A DNA stretch of 64,000 nucleotides from Pecten maximus (taxonomy: Eukaryota), in NCBI RefSeq assembly GCF_902652985.1, contig NC_047030.1, positions 13,330,001-13,394,000 on the forward strand, in the 5' to 3' direction. The position numbers and the translations under genes are program-made. Of the stretch, positions 13,701 through 23,914 are shown in pieces (position 1 is the first letter of the stretch; each line of letters begins with the position of its first letter). The notes under the pieces are model-generated. The model saw only the letters and a list, made by a program, of their open reading frames with translations, was not told where the DNA came from and searched no databases.

Positions 13701-16700
13701 GAAAACTTAATTAAAACATCAGTATGACGTCAATAGCTGGAGGGTCGCCATTATACCACTCAGTGAGTGGTCAAGGTCCTGTTAGGATCTCTAAGTGACC
13801 AATGGCCAGAATGATTGACAGCTGAATCGCTCGTGGTCATATACCTTACATAATGTAATGATAGGGATGGCGGTGAAGCGCCCTGAACGTGAATGGATAC
13901 CGGCCTAGCTCCATTAGGCGGTACATCTCGATTAAATGGCAGTTTTACGTGCGTTTTATCGCTGTGTGAGGTTGTAGAAAATGAAGTCATCTCGTTTGTC
14001 AATAAAATACTATTGTTACAAGAATACACATTTTGACTTGTATAGCATTTCAGTGTCAATGACTCATGAACATTTACTGATTTTTGTATAGCCAAACAAA
14101 CAAATTAAAACATGTAACCATGGATTAACAGACATTCGTTCACAACAAGAGTTTAGTAATTATTTTTACATGAATGTTTCTGGTTTTCTTTTCCTTTTGT
14201 CAAAACATAAGCTCATGAAAACACTTCTTACTTATGATATTCGACCCAAAATACATTTTTGTCTTATATCTGTCAAATAATTCTTCAATAAACCGGTAAT
14301 ATATATCTTATAAGTAAGTGTTTTTTTTAATATTAACATTGTTTGGATATAAGGAATTAATTTATTTCAGCACATTTGCGATAACAAATGGAAATAACTA
14401 GCATTTACTTTTCTTTAAGGTGTACAAAAATTGTTTTTACATATTAACATTAACTGCTTGCCGCGTCCATATTCTTCCGTCTTGCATCTTGTCAAGACAT
14501 GCCGCCAACCCCTGTGTTTTGTGTAAATAATGCACAGCCCTATGTTTTGTGTAAATAATGCACAGCCCTATGTTTTGTATAAATAATGGGGCACAGCCCT
14601 TTGTTTTGTATAAATAATGCACAGCCCTAAGTTTTGTATAAATAATTCACAGCTAAATTCAAATACTAGATTATCTCCCTCCGGTTTGAAACTTGGGCAA
14701 GAATCAGACATGTCATAGACACCAACATTATAAAGCTCAATTTCATTTATAATTTAATATTCTATGGATATGGGGCCAGTCTACGTCTATTCAGAATGTA
14801 TCGGTTTAAAGTATTCAATATCCCAGTTTTACCATATTTATCAAATCGGAGGTTAAGTATAGCCCCTCTTCAACATTTCCGGCCCAAATTGATATTCATA
14901 ACTTCTCTTTTGAGTTTTTATACCTTTTGAGCCAGGCATGATTGTTACTGATAGACATACAATGTAGTTACTCAATTTCGAAATTCCAGTTGTGTTCTCA
15001 GCACGATGGATGATACATAGCCTTTAGTACATACAAAATACACTTCAATAAAACACCACTTCAGTTAAAGGACTCAAAACAACAGGGCCCAATTATTCAA
15101 AAGGTTATTAGCTTGATCACGTAATTAGTGAAAATCCTATTTCCCCCTTATTTCAATATATAGGCAGAGGAAGAGACTAAATGTTGTTGTAGAATTTCAT
15201 AATATTTTTGTAAAGTTAGTTTCACCAAAAATAATTTGATCAGGAACCAGTTGTTCAAAAGGTTATTGGCTTATCACAGTTTAACAACAATTAAAAAAAT
15301 CCTGATCAATCATTTCTGGAAAAAAAAACAACAAATAACGTGACAAAATTTTATGAAACTATTGCGCTCGACAGTTTCCTCCTACCTATCTATTTTAAGG
15401 ACTACACACACTCAGGTTTTGAATGGAGTAATGAGATTTTTACTAGTCAAGAGATTAAGCCGATAACCTCTTGAACAACTGGGCCCAGGATTTCCAAATT
15501 GTTGTGTAACAGCGAATTAGTCTAATCACTTCTTACAAAGGACTGAGCCCAGGTGATAAGTAAAGCTACAGATTCAAGGAAATATCACCGATTACATTAT
15601 GTTATGAGTGGAATGAGATTTTGAGGATATAAGTTCATATAGGCAAGGCATAGTTGATGTGTAAATAAAACAAGTATCAACACTGATCATTTACAGCAAC
15701 CTGCTGGGATTAATCGGTATGCAATAGACATCAATTGGTAATTTTGGTAAAATCTTTTGCGGCACCGGAATATTGTATCTTCTGAGAAAACTCTATATAC
15801 ATCATTTAATAAAGTATGAAAGGACTGACTGTATGTAATATTATCTACATTCTTTAAGGATATGAAAGATACCAACCTAACAAAATTGACCAGGGCGTCA
15901 TCTGATGAAACTAAGGATTCGATATTTCCGGGGTTAGACTGACGGTATTTCATACTGCATTCGCTGGTCCGTTACCGATCTAGTCTTTTATTCTTCAATA
16001 TATGTATCGGAACTATTTTTAAATAAATAAATAAATAACCAGATAAATACATTAATAAACAAATACTTGCTTTGAATAACAGTATATTTCGTAGAAGCAA
16101 AGCTTATCCGATATTTACTTTGAAAATGTCAGATTTCATTAGTGAAAACGTAATAGGTAGGTAATTATTTAATCTACAATTTCCAAGATAAACTTGTACT
16201 CTACAAGAGCCCTGTCCTGATGTGATACATATCCCGTGAAATTGACGAGCCTGTATAGAGTGTGTAACGTCCGCCACCCATAAGGTAGGGACACGGGACG
16301 TGTCTATTGAAGTTTTCCCACATGTCGATTGATAGTTTAACATCTCAATATAGTCCCAGCCTATCAAATGTCGAAATTCATGAAGTGATCATGAAATTAA
16401 TAAAGTCAAGGGTCAAAATAGAAAATTAATGTTCTGTAAAAGCTGAATTGAACTATCTGCCGTGACAGTTTCATTGTGGCGCTACGACGGGAGATTTTCT
16501 TCGGCAATAACAAAAAATACAAAATTTCATGCCGAGGTTTAGTTTACATTTCATACGATACGGCTGTTTTCAACTTTCCCCAAATGACTTTTCCTTTAGT
16601 AGTACACAATCTTAGAATGTATTTATTTTTGTTGAACCGAAAAATTTGGAATCATATTTCAAAGGGAGGGTAACCATCCCCATGGATATCTATCCTTTCT

Positions 16701-19700
16701 GATGAGGCTTGGCCCGGTAATGACGTTGTGTCCAGCTGTTTTGGACCAGCGTGAGGTACGTCGGGACAGAGGCAGTGAAACCAACACGTCCCTACCACAA
16801 TGCTATCAGACCGCGACAGAAAGGGGCCTGATGAACCTGATTGAATTGTTGATTAATTCCCATAAAGTCACACCTGTAAATTCAGATATGCAATTTGTCG
16901 ATTTCATTGTAAGCCTTGTGCCGTTTTAATTTGGGATTTTTTGACCTCAACCTTTCCAGCCAGGTGACTTTCACCTCAATAACCCTTTCACGCTTCGTGT
17001 TAATTTTCGATTTTTCCTTTACAACTTCGAGCAGAAGAAACTCTATACTGTCACATCCTTAGTAGAACTACTTGGTGTAGTAATATACTATTGAGCCACT
17101 GTGTGTGGGATTATCACCACACCGTACTAGGAAAGGTAAACTGCACTCGGATCCTCATAAGTTTTCCCTCATAACATGGAAAATTTCAATAATTTCAATA
17201 TTATTTTGGCGCAATGGGGCATAAATACGTTATGAATACAGTATAGAATTGTTGTACGCCATTTATTAGAGTGAGGTAAAATCTCTCTCTCAATGATCGG
17301 CCAAGGTAAATTACGGATGTGTGGTAGAATCGTGTCCTGCTAGGCACAGACTATGCGGCCTGTCGATAGACGGCTTCCCGCAGCGTATTTGGCAGAGTCT
17401 TTCCGCGTCAGAAGGTATAATCCCTTCGATCATTGTCCTTAATAACCCCGAAAAGGTAAAATTATGAAAAACTAAGTGTAAAGATCTGTCACAGATTCCT
17501 TTTCGAATATAGATTTAGCCTCACAAGTTGATAACATTCTTTTGGGTCGATTTAATAAAAAAAGATGCATTATGCTTTTCATATTAAATCAGAATATTAA
17601 ATAATAAAATTATGTATGAATACTTTGCCAGCTCCAAAGAGCCAGTACACACATTTTCAATGCAATGTAAAATAAAACAGCTAATGCTATATCCTCTATG
17701 CGCAGTGTAAGATTACATACATTTTCTTTCAAAAACATATTAACTACATGTATTTCATTATGATTCATATATTACGTAACTTTATATGAAGCTCCGGTTT
17801 GGCCCCCCGCAGATTTACCAAGACATGCCTTACGTGATGATAGAAAAGTCTCTATTCTGTTATCTAAAACCATCCATGTAATTCAAACGTTCCATGATTC
17901 CCCGCATACACACAAGACACTTAATTCTCCAGTCATCTAATTGTAAATTGCCAGTTGAAGTATCCTGCCATGCTGTCCGAGTTAGGACAGTGAAAGTTGT
18001 AGCCATAATTCGTTGACAACATCATCTTGGTAATTGGTGCGAAGACAACAACTTCAACAATAAAATGATTTTATTAATGATGTTAATGATAACGTTAGTA
18101 TTCGTTGTATTTTTGTTCATATTTTCGAGAAGTAACTTGAATACGGAATAAAGATGATCAATGTCAAAAATATGTTATTTATAATTAAGAACAATTGTAT
18201 CTATGTAATAGATAACATGGCTGACAATGTTAAACGACCCGTGCGGTAAGATAAAACAAGAATAAATAGATAAATAAATAATTTATTAAATAACCATAAA
18301 ACTAAGCAGAAATCCTGCAATGTTAAAACAAACGAGATAAAATAAGAAGAAAAAAAATGAAAAATAAACCAACCACCAAACAAATAAGGAATCCCGCCAA
18401 TAGGAAAAGAGTTTGGTTTGTTTTTGTTTAACATCCTATTAACAGCCAGGGTCATTTAAGGACATGTCTGGTTTTGGAGGTGGAGGAAAGCCGGAGTACC
18501 CGGAGAGAAACCAGCGACCTCAATTCAATTTCAATTTATTTATTCCAAATGCAACACAGCATATAGGATAACACAATATTCATATTATATGTATACATAT
18601 TGCAACTTGAATGACAAGATGGCGGAGGGCACAACACAAGCAATATACTTACGACACATAATAATGAATAACATAATGATTTTGAAAACTTGTAACTGAT
18701 ACATAACAATTCAGCATTTACGTATTGCATGCCTATGGTCAGTACATGGCAATTGCCCCACATAGGTTTCGAACTCGCGACCCAGAGGTGGAGGGCAAGT
18801 GATAAAGCGTCCGGACATCTTTTTTTTATCTTAAAAAAAAAGATTTAAATATTCCAGACATGGGGACCCCGAGGTGTAGGGCTAGAGATAAAGTGTCTGG
18901 AATCTTAACCACTCGGCCATCGCGGCCCCCAATTCAAAAAGAATAAAAACGCCAATACGAAATATCGATAACTCCCTTTTAACCAATCAAAATGACGCAT
19001 TTTACTCGGGTTTGTTGTTTGATTTGTAGGAGTATTTTCTTTATAGCCGGCTTCGAAGTATCGTACAGTATACGTACCTTTCAATCCAAATTGAGAATTA
19101 GATGCATGTTAATACAGTCAAAACATGAAGGTGTGACCCAGGACTCGTCACAGATCATAAAGTATTTCATACCTTGCAGGTCACGGAGGCAAATCCAATA
19201 TGTACACAATTCAATAAATTTCATATTTTTCCATATTGGATTTACAAATCAAATACACATCTTTGCCGATACAGTATAATAGGAGAGCACAATACAATCG
19301 TAAGATATGCCAGGTATGTTATGATTTTCACGTCGAAATCACGTCGAAAGTCGACACAAACAGGCCTTTAGCTTATTGGGACTCGGCTCGCGCGACGCCC
19401 TGACAGATACACGGATTAAGGTCGGTTAGGACATTGTTGATGTTAACAATGTAAATACATACTCGGGATGTTTGGCGGCCATGCATTATGCATAGTAATG
19501 TCAACATTGCACTTTAAATCAACACCATTTCTTGTCTCTGTCCGTTTTCAATGATAAATACTTGCAAACTCATACCCCAAACTAACAGGTGGTTGTAATT
19601 TAAAGTAGCTGTGGAATGTTTCTGATACGGGTGTGGTTTTGATATCTCATTATACCGTAGGAATGATTCGTTTTGTGGTTAGACCACGGTGTTTAGATGT

Positions 19701-22700
19701 GACGACTAGCCACACAATTCAAGTTTATCTCTTCAAGTATATGAAGTAGTCTTCAAATATTCAAGTATATTTCTCTACAATGAAATTCGACGCAAACACT
19801 TTCAACTCGAGTATGTTGTGATCAGTTCAAATGTTATTTGCTCAAGAATTAATATTGTTTTCAGTGGGATCTTGTCTTCTTTTTTCAGATAGACCAATGA
19901 TATGTGGTTAGGAAAATCGTAAAACCGTTAAATTGGCTTCAATATAAAAATATCAACAAAACCGAAAATTACGTAACCGAAGTGCTTGTGAATTGATACG
20001 CACGTGCTCAACATGTGGATTGGGTTCTATTGTCAATGAAGAATAGACAAAGATTAACATTCTTTTAACAAAATTAAAAGGGACAAAACATTTTGGTCGG
20101 ATACGACAATCTGTAAGAGTACGCGAGGTTTTAAATGAAGTCATACAATATATTGTACATATGTATGTCTTCTATAGCCATGATTCTGTTAGGGAACTTA
20201 GTCTTTGACATGTATAATTTAGTAGTTCGCATCAGAAGCATAATTTTACCGATATTTTTCGTTTCTTATTTTACAGAAGGATCTGACTGTGATTCAGAAC
20301 CAGGTCTATCAGTGAAGCGGAAGCAGAGACGCAGTAGAACTACTTTCACGGCGGAGCAATTGGACGAACTGGAAAGAGCTTTCGAACGCACGCATTATCC
20401 CGATATCTATACGAGAGAAGAGCTAGCTCAGAGAACAAAACTGACCGAAGCTCGCGTGCAAGTATGGTTCAGCAACAGAAGAGCAAGGTTTAGAAAACAA
20501 ATGGGAAGTAACCAGATTACCGCCCTTAACAGTTTTCTACAGGTGCCGCAAGGTGTCGGTAACTCATCGTATGTCTTCCACGAGCCAGCCGGGATATCCA
20601 TTGCCTTCAGGAACAGGTAAACACTCTACAACTCACAAACAACTAATCTCTCAATTTCACCGATTTGTAAATGTAGCTTATTAAAGTTAATCATTTATCA
20701 TTTAAAATAACTATTTGAGATAATCATGCTTTTTCTCTTATGCGTTTAAATCATTTCTGACCTGATGCTTTTGTTTACATTTCGAATTACTAACATCTTT
20801 ATCTCTACAATAGTGAGCATTTGGAAGATTAGAATAATATTTTAGAGACGTTTTATCTAATATAAGGTTATAAAGCATCTATTTTGAAGTAGTTTTGGTG
20901 CCATAGAATTACAATTTATTTCCACGGAGAACTATCTTCCCATTTCAGAGGGTCTTTTCCACAGACCGACAGTTCCCCAGTCTCTACAGTCCATGAGCCA
21001 ACCAATCAAACACGAGAACTCATATGCTGGTATTATGGACAGTTACCTGTCTCACTCATCACAGGTAAGTTAATGGTTTACCTATATATGCCTACTTCAG
21101 GTTTGATAACTTATTGACTTGGTCTGTTGCTACGTGTATGTTGCATAATATATAATAACAACTAGACTTTGGTCTGAATATCTAGTCAGCAATGAGATTA
21201 CAAGATATTGTATAAGATATTACATATAAATATTTATCTAAATAAATAAATAAATAAATAAATATTTTATCTAAATAAATAAATATTTTATCTAAATAAA
21301 TAAATAAATAAATGAAGTATTGAGGACAAACCTACCAGTATTATTTTTACATATTTTATAATTGACTGCCCCCTGTCTCTAGAACATTAAGATTATGAAG
21401 TTGAGCTGTTTAATTTTTGTCTCTAGAAGATGTCTAATCTTAATTTTTAAACTTGGGGGAGATAATCTTGTGTTCGAATCTAGATTGAAAATGTAATCAA
21501 GAGTAGACGTCTGTTCGTCCCAAACATCTGTACGCTCAGTAAAGTAACATGGGCACGTGATTATCATTGTATGATGAAGTTTTCATGCGATTTGTTTCTT
21601 TGTAGAATATTACGACTATTTAAAAGAAAACAATAATTTTCATTTAATAATAAACTATTGTTACATTGTATCATAATGAATTATTGTTACATTGTGTTAT
21701 AATAAAATATTGTTATAATGTATTGTAATAAAATATTGTTACAATGTATTGTAATAAAATATTGCTACATTGTATTATAATAAACTATTGTTACATTGTA
21801 TTATAATAAACTATTGGTACAATGTATTGTAATAAAATATTGTTACATTGTATTATAATAAACTATTGGTACAATGTATTGTAATAAAATATTGTTACAT
21901 TGTATTATAATAAACTATTGGTACAATGTATTGTAATAAAATATTATTACATTGTATTATAATAAACTATTGTTACATTGTATCATAATGAATTATTGTT
22001 ACATGGTGTTATAATAAAATATTGTTACAATGTATTTTAATAAAATATTGTTACATTGTATTATAATAAACTATTGGTACAATGTATTGTAATAAAATAT
22101 TTTTACTTGTATTATAATAAACTATTGTTACATTGTATTATGATAAATTATTGTTACAATGTATTGTAATAAAATATTGTTACATTGTATTATAATAAAA
22201 TATTTTTACTTGTATTATAATAAACTATTGGTACATTGTATTATAATAAACTATTGGTACAATGTATTGTAATAAAATATTGTTACATTGTATTATAATA
22301 AAATATTTTTACTTGTATTATAATCAAGTATTGTTACATTGTATTGTTAAATAATGTTGTATTGGTACCCAATTTACCATAATTACACCTCCTGATATAA
22401 TTCATTTCTCTATTTCTCAGCAGATGCATTCTTTGGCTTCAATGGTAAACACAGAAAATACATTTAGTAATACGTGGGCAACACCAGTGACGTCATCAAC
22501 TACGTCATCAATCACGAACTATCCACCAACAAATAATCACTTCCACTCACCCTACAGTGACGTCAGTAAAACACCTCTTCATTACCCACCTCATATAACA
22601 GGTAAGATTATCATGATAGTGTCAAAGAATATCTCCTGCAATATTTAAGAACTGTTTGATATTCATTATGATATTCTCACCACCTTATTTCAATCCACGC

Positions 22701-23090
22701 TATCTTGCCAATTATTACTGACGAAATCCTGTATTCATGATTCGACATATAATGTATCTATTTCTAGATTGATATTTTTGATACAATATTTGTTGTCACA
22801 TGAAAAAGTGACATGTAGGGATCATTCGTTGGTCTTTTGTCATGTAAATGCATACTGTTGTTGAAATCTATTGTGTGTATGTAGGTGTTAAAATAAAATC
22901 CCTTAGTTTTTACCTGACTATCTATATGCATACTAGATTCTGATTGTTTTCAATTGCAGTACCGAGTATGAGCGATCGGTGTTCTATAGACGATAGTCTT
23001 GCAGCCCTACGCATGCGCTCTCGAGAACATTCTGCTGCCCTGAGTCTGATGCATGTTGCGGATGCTGGGAAAATGACAGCTACCTTTTGA
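1663..23090 (+). CDS. Pax3/7: Paired box protein Pax3/7 (gooseberry/paired group); join(1663..1744,6471..7016,20277..20616,20949..21064,22421..22601,22960..23090), ~464 aa after removing one G at 20591-20593
   Basis: Paired domain [30 protein letters not shown]...SSISRVLR, octapeptide HSIDGILA, homeodomain [13 protein letters not shown]...VWFSNRRAR (Ser50), tail [16 protein letters not shown]. All introns are GT-AG and phases match except for the single frameshift. Confidence 0.95.
6471..7016 (+). CDS. Pax3/7: Pax3/7 exon 2: whole paired domain, acidic linker and octapeptide
   Basis: Acceptor TTTGTAG|, donor GACG|GTGAGT, canonical paired-domain sequence. Confidence 0.97.
8540..8885. repeat. 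Minisatellite, 29-bp unit (CCCTGTGTTTACRTGTCATTGTTACAGAC), ~12 copies, Pax3/7 intron 2
   Basis: CCCTGTG recurs with 29-nt period. Confidence 0.93.
10915..11000 (+). mobile_element. Solo 3' tail of the CR1-group LINE family, ending in an A-run
   Basis: ATAACTTGGAAAAACTTGTGCCTAATCC...CAATAAAATATGTTTAAA matches the tails at ~32230-32327, ~37430-37505 and 57053-57120. Confidence 0.65.
11557..11585. repeat. (CT)n microsatellite
   Basis: Direct observation. Confidence 0.95.
12429..12665 (+). mobile_element. tRNA-derived SINE with V-domain-like core
   Basis: A box TGGCCGAGTGG, B box GTTCGAAACC, core TTTCTCCGGGTACATCGGCTTTCCTCCACC, tail ATGACCCTGGCTGTTAATAGGACGTTAAA followed by (CAAA)n; second copy at 18411-18930. 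Confidence 0.88.
12780..12900. mobile_element. Fragment resembling non-autonomous Helentron/HINE-type bivalve repeats
   Basis: ACCAAACTTCACAC...AAAGGTCAATGTCAAGGTCAC motifs; recognised from memory only. Confidence 0.4.
14508..14655. repeat. Minisatellite, ~28-bp unit (CCCTATGTTTTGTATAAATAATGCACAG), 5 copies
   Basis: Direct observation. Confidence 0.9.
15086..15549. mobile_element. PIF/Harbinger-like MITE (TIR GGCCCAGTTGTTCAA..., CAG target duplication) containing an inverted copy of the same family at 15244-15485
   Basis: CAG at 15083-85 and 15550-52 (outer) and at 15241-43 and 15486-88 (inner); the inner sequence is a diverged reverse complement of the outer. Confidence 0.8.
18411..18930 (-). 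mobile_element. Second V-type tRNA-SINE copy, interrupted by a ~210-bp insertion (18521-18730), with a partly duplicated 5' region
   Basis: Reverse complement of the 12429 element: AACAGCCAGGGTCATTTAAGGAC, GGAGGAAAGCCGGAGTACCCGGAG, AACCACTCGGCCA. Confidence 0.88.
20277..20616 (+). CDS. Pax3/7: Pax3/7 exon 3: complete paired-type homeodomain (S50)
   Basis: Acceptor TTTTACAG|AA; [19 protein letters not shown]...[32 protein letters not shown]; donor ACAG|GTAAAC (a weaker phase-1 donor follows 20558). Confidence 0.95.
20949..21064 (+). CDS. Pax3/7: Pax3/7 exon 4 ([39 protein letters not shown])
   Basis: CATTTCAG| acceptor, CAG|GTAAGT donor, open frame, phase 1 in and phase 0 out. Confidence 0.85.
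21648..22345. repeat. AT-rich minisatellite, 26-bp unit (AATAAACTATTGTTACATTGTATTAT), ~27 copies, Pax3/7 intron 4
   Basis: Direct observation; variants alternate. Confidence 0.95.
22421..22601 (+). CDS. Pax3/7: Pax3/7 exon 5, Ser/Thr/Pro-rich transactivation-type region
   Basis: TTTCTCAG|CAG|ATG acceptor, ACAG|GTAAGA donor, matches ORF 22424. Confidence 0.85.
22960..23090 (+). CDS. Pax3/7: Pax3/7 last coding exon with OAR-like tail ([43 protein letters not shown])
   Basis: TTGCAG| acceptor with matching phase; resembles the OAR consensus SSIAxLRLKAKEH; TGA at 23088-23090. Confidence 0.88.
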
Positions 23091-23914
23091 CCTTTGACAC
23101 AATAGAGGTTTTAATACTTTGATTATAATTGTACTGCGAAACGACGCCAATGTGTCCTTCCTGAATACTCCGGACACGATAAATCTCTGTTCGACGAGAA
23201 TGGTTGGATTTGGATCATGACGAGAATGATTACATAATGTATTGCCAAATGGTTTGAAGAACGTCTTTATCCCTAAGTTGTCAAAATATCTTTTAGAATT
23301 GATTTTCAGAGGACTCATGTATCATAATCTACGTCATTGACGTTACAACAGCAAGGACATACAAGGTACCTAACAGCAGACGTCGAAGAATCTGTTTTCT
23401 ATGAGACAGTACTGTTGAGGACATCCACGATACAATGAATCTATGATGTAAACTGGATTCTCATTCGGTTCTGTTCGCTCGCAAAATGATGTCGTTTGCT
23501 CATGGTTTTATGGCAGGTCGTTATAGACAACCCTATGAGATGAATAACAATACTTTACGTTGACAATTTTATAGACTTTTCTATACTTTTAAGAAGAAAA
23601 TGTCAATATATTAACCTGCCTTGTCGTTCAAAAATAACCAAATCATAGTGAATCGTATACTAAACGTGAAGTTATACAATGCCAACTTCTGAATAGGAGT
23701 TATTGTTGATACAAAAACAATTATCTTTGTAATAATAAAGTCAACATGTTTATATGTACATATTTCATATAACTGTCCTATTGATTTCGAATTATGTTTT
23801 CATAATATGCACACAAAGTTCTTGAAATGCACCTCGTAGTAGCTATTAGTTTTGGTGTATAATTTGTATGTGTTAACTATAGATGGCGTGTGACCTATAT
23901 ACGGCGTATGATCT

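Noticed and set aside
16697-16725. Hammerhead ribozyme at CTGATGAGGCTTGGCC
   Set aside because: No GAAA follows the putative stem II
20135-20276. Hydrophobic N-terminal extension of the homeodomain ORF (membrane-tethered Pax)
   Set aside because: It is intron sequence with a polypyrimidine tract ending at the AG acceptor at 20276
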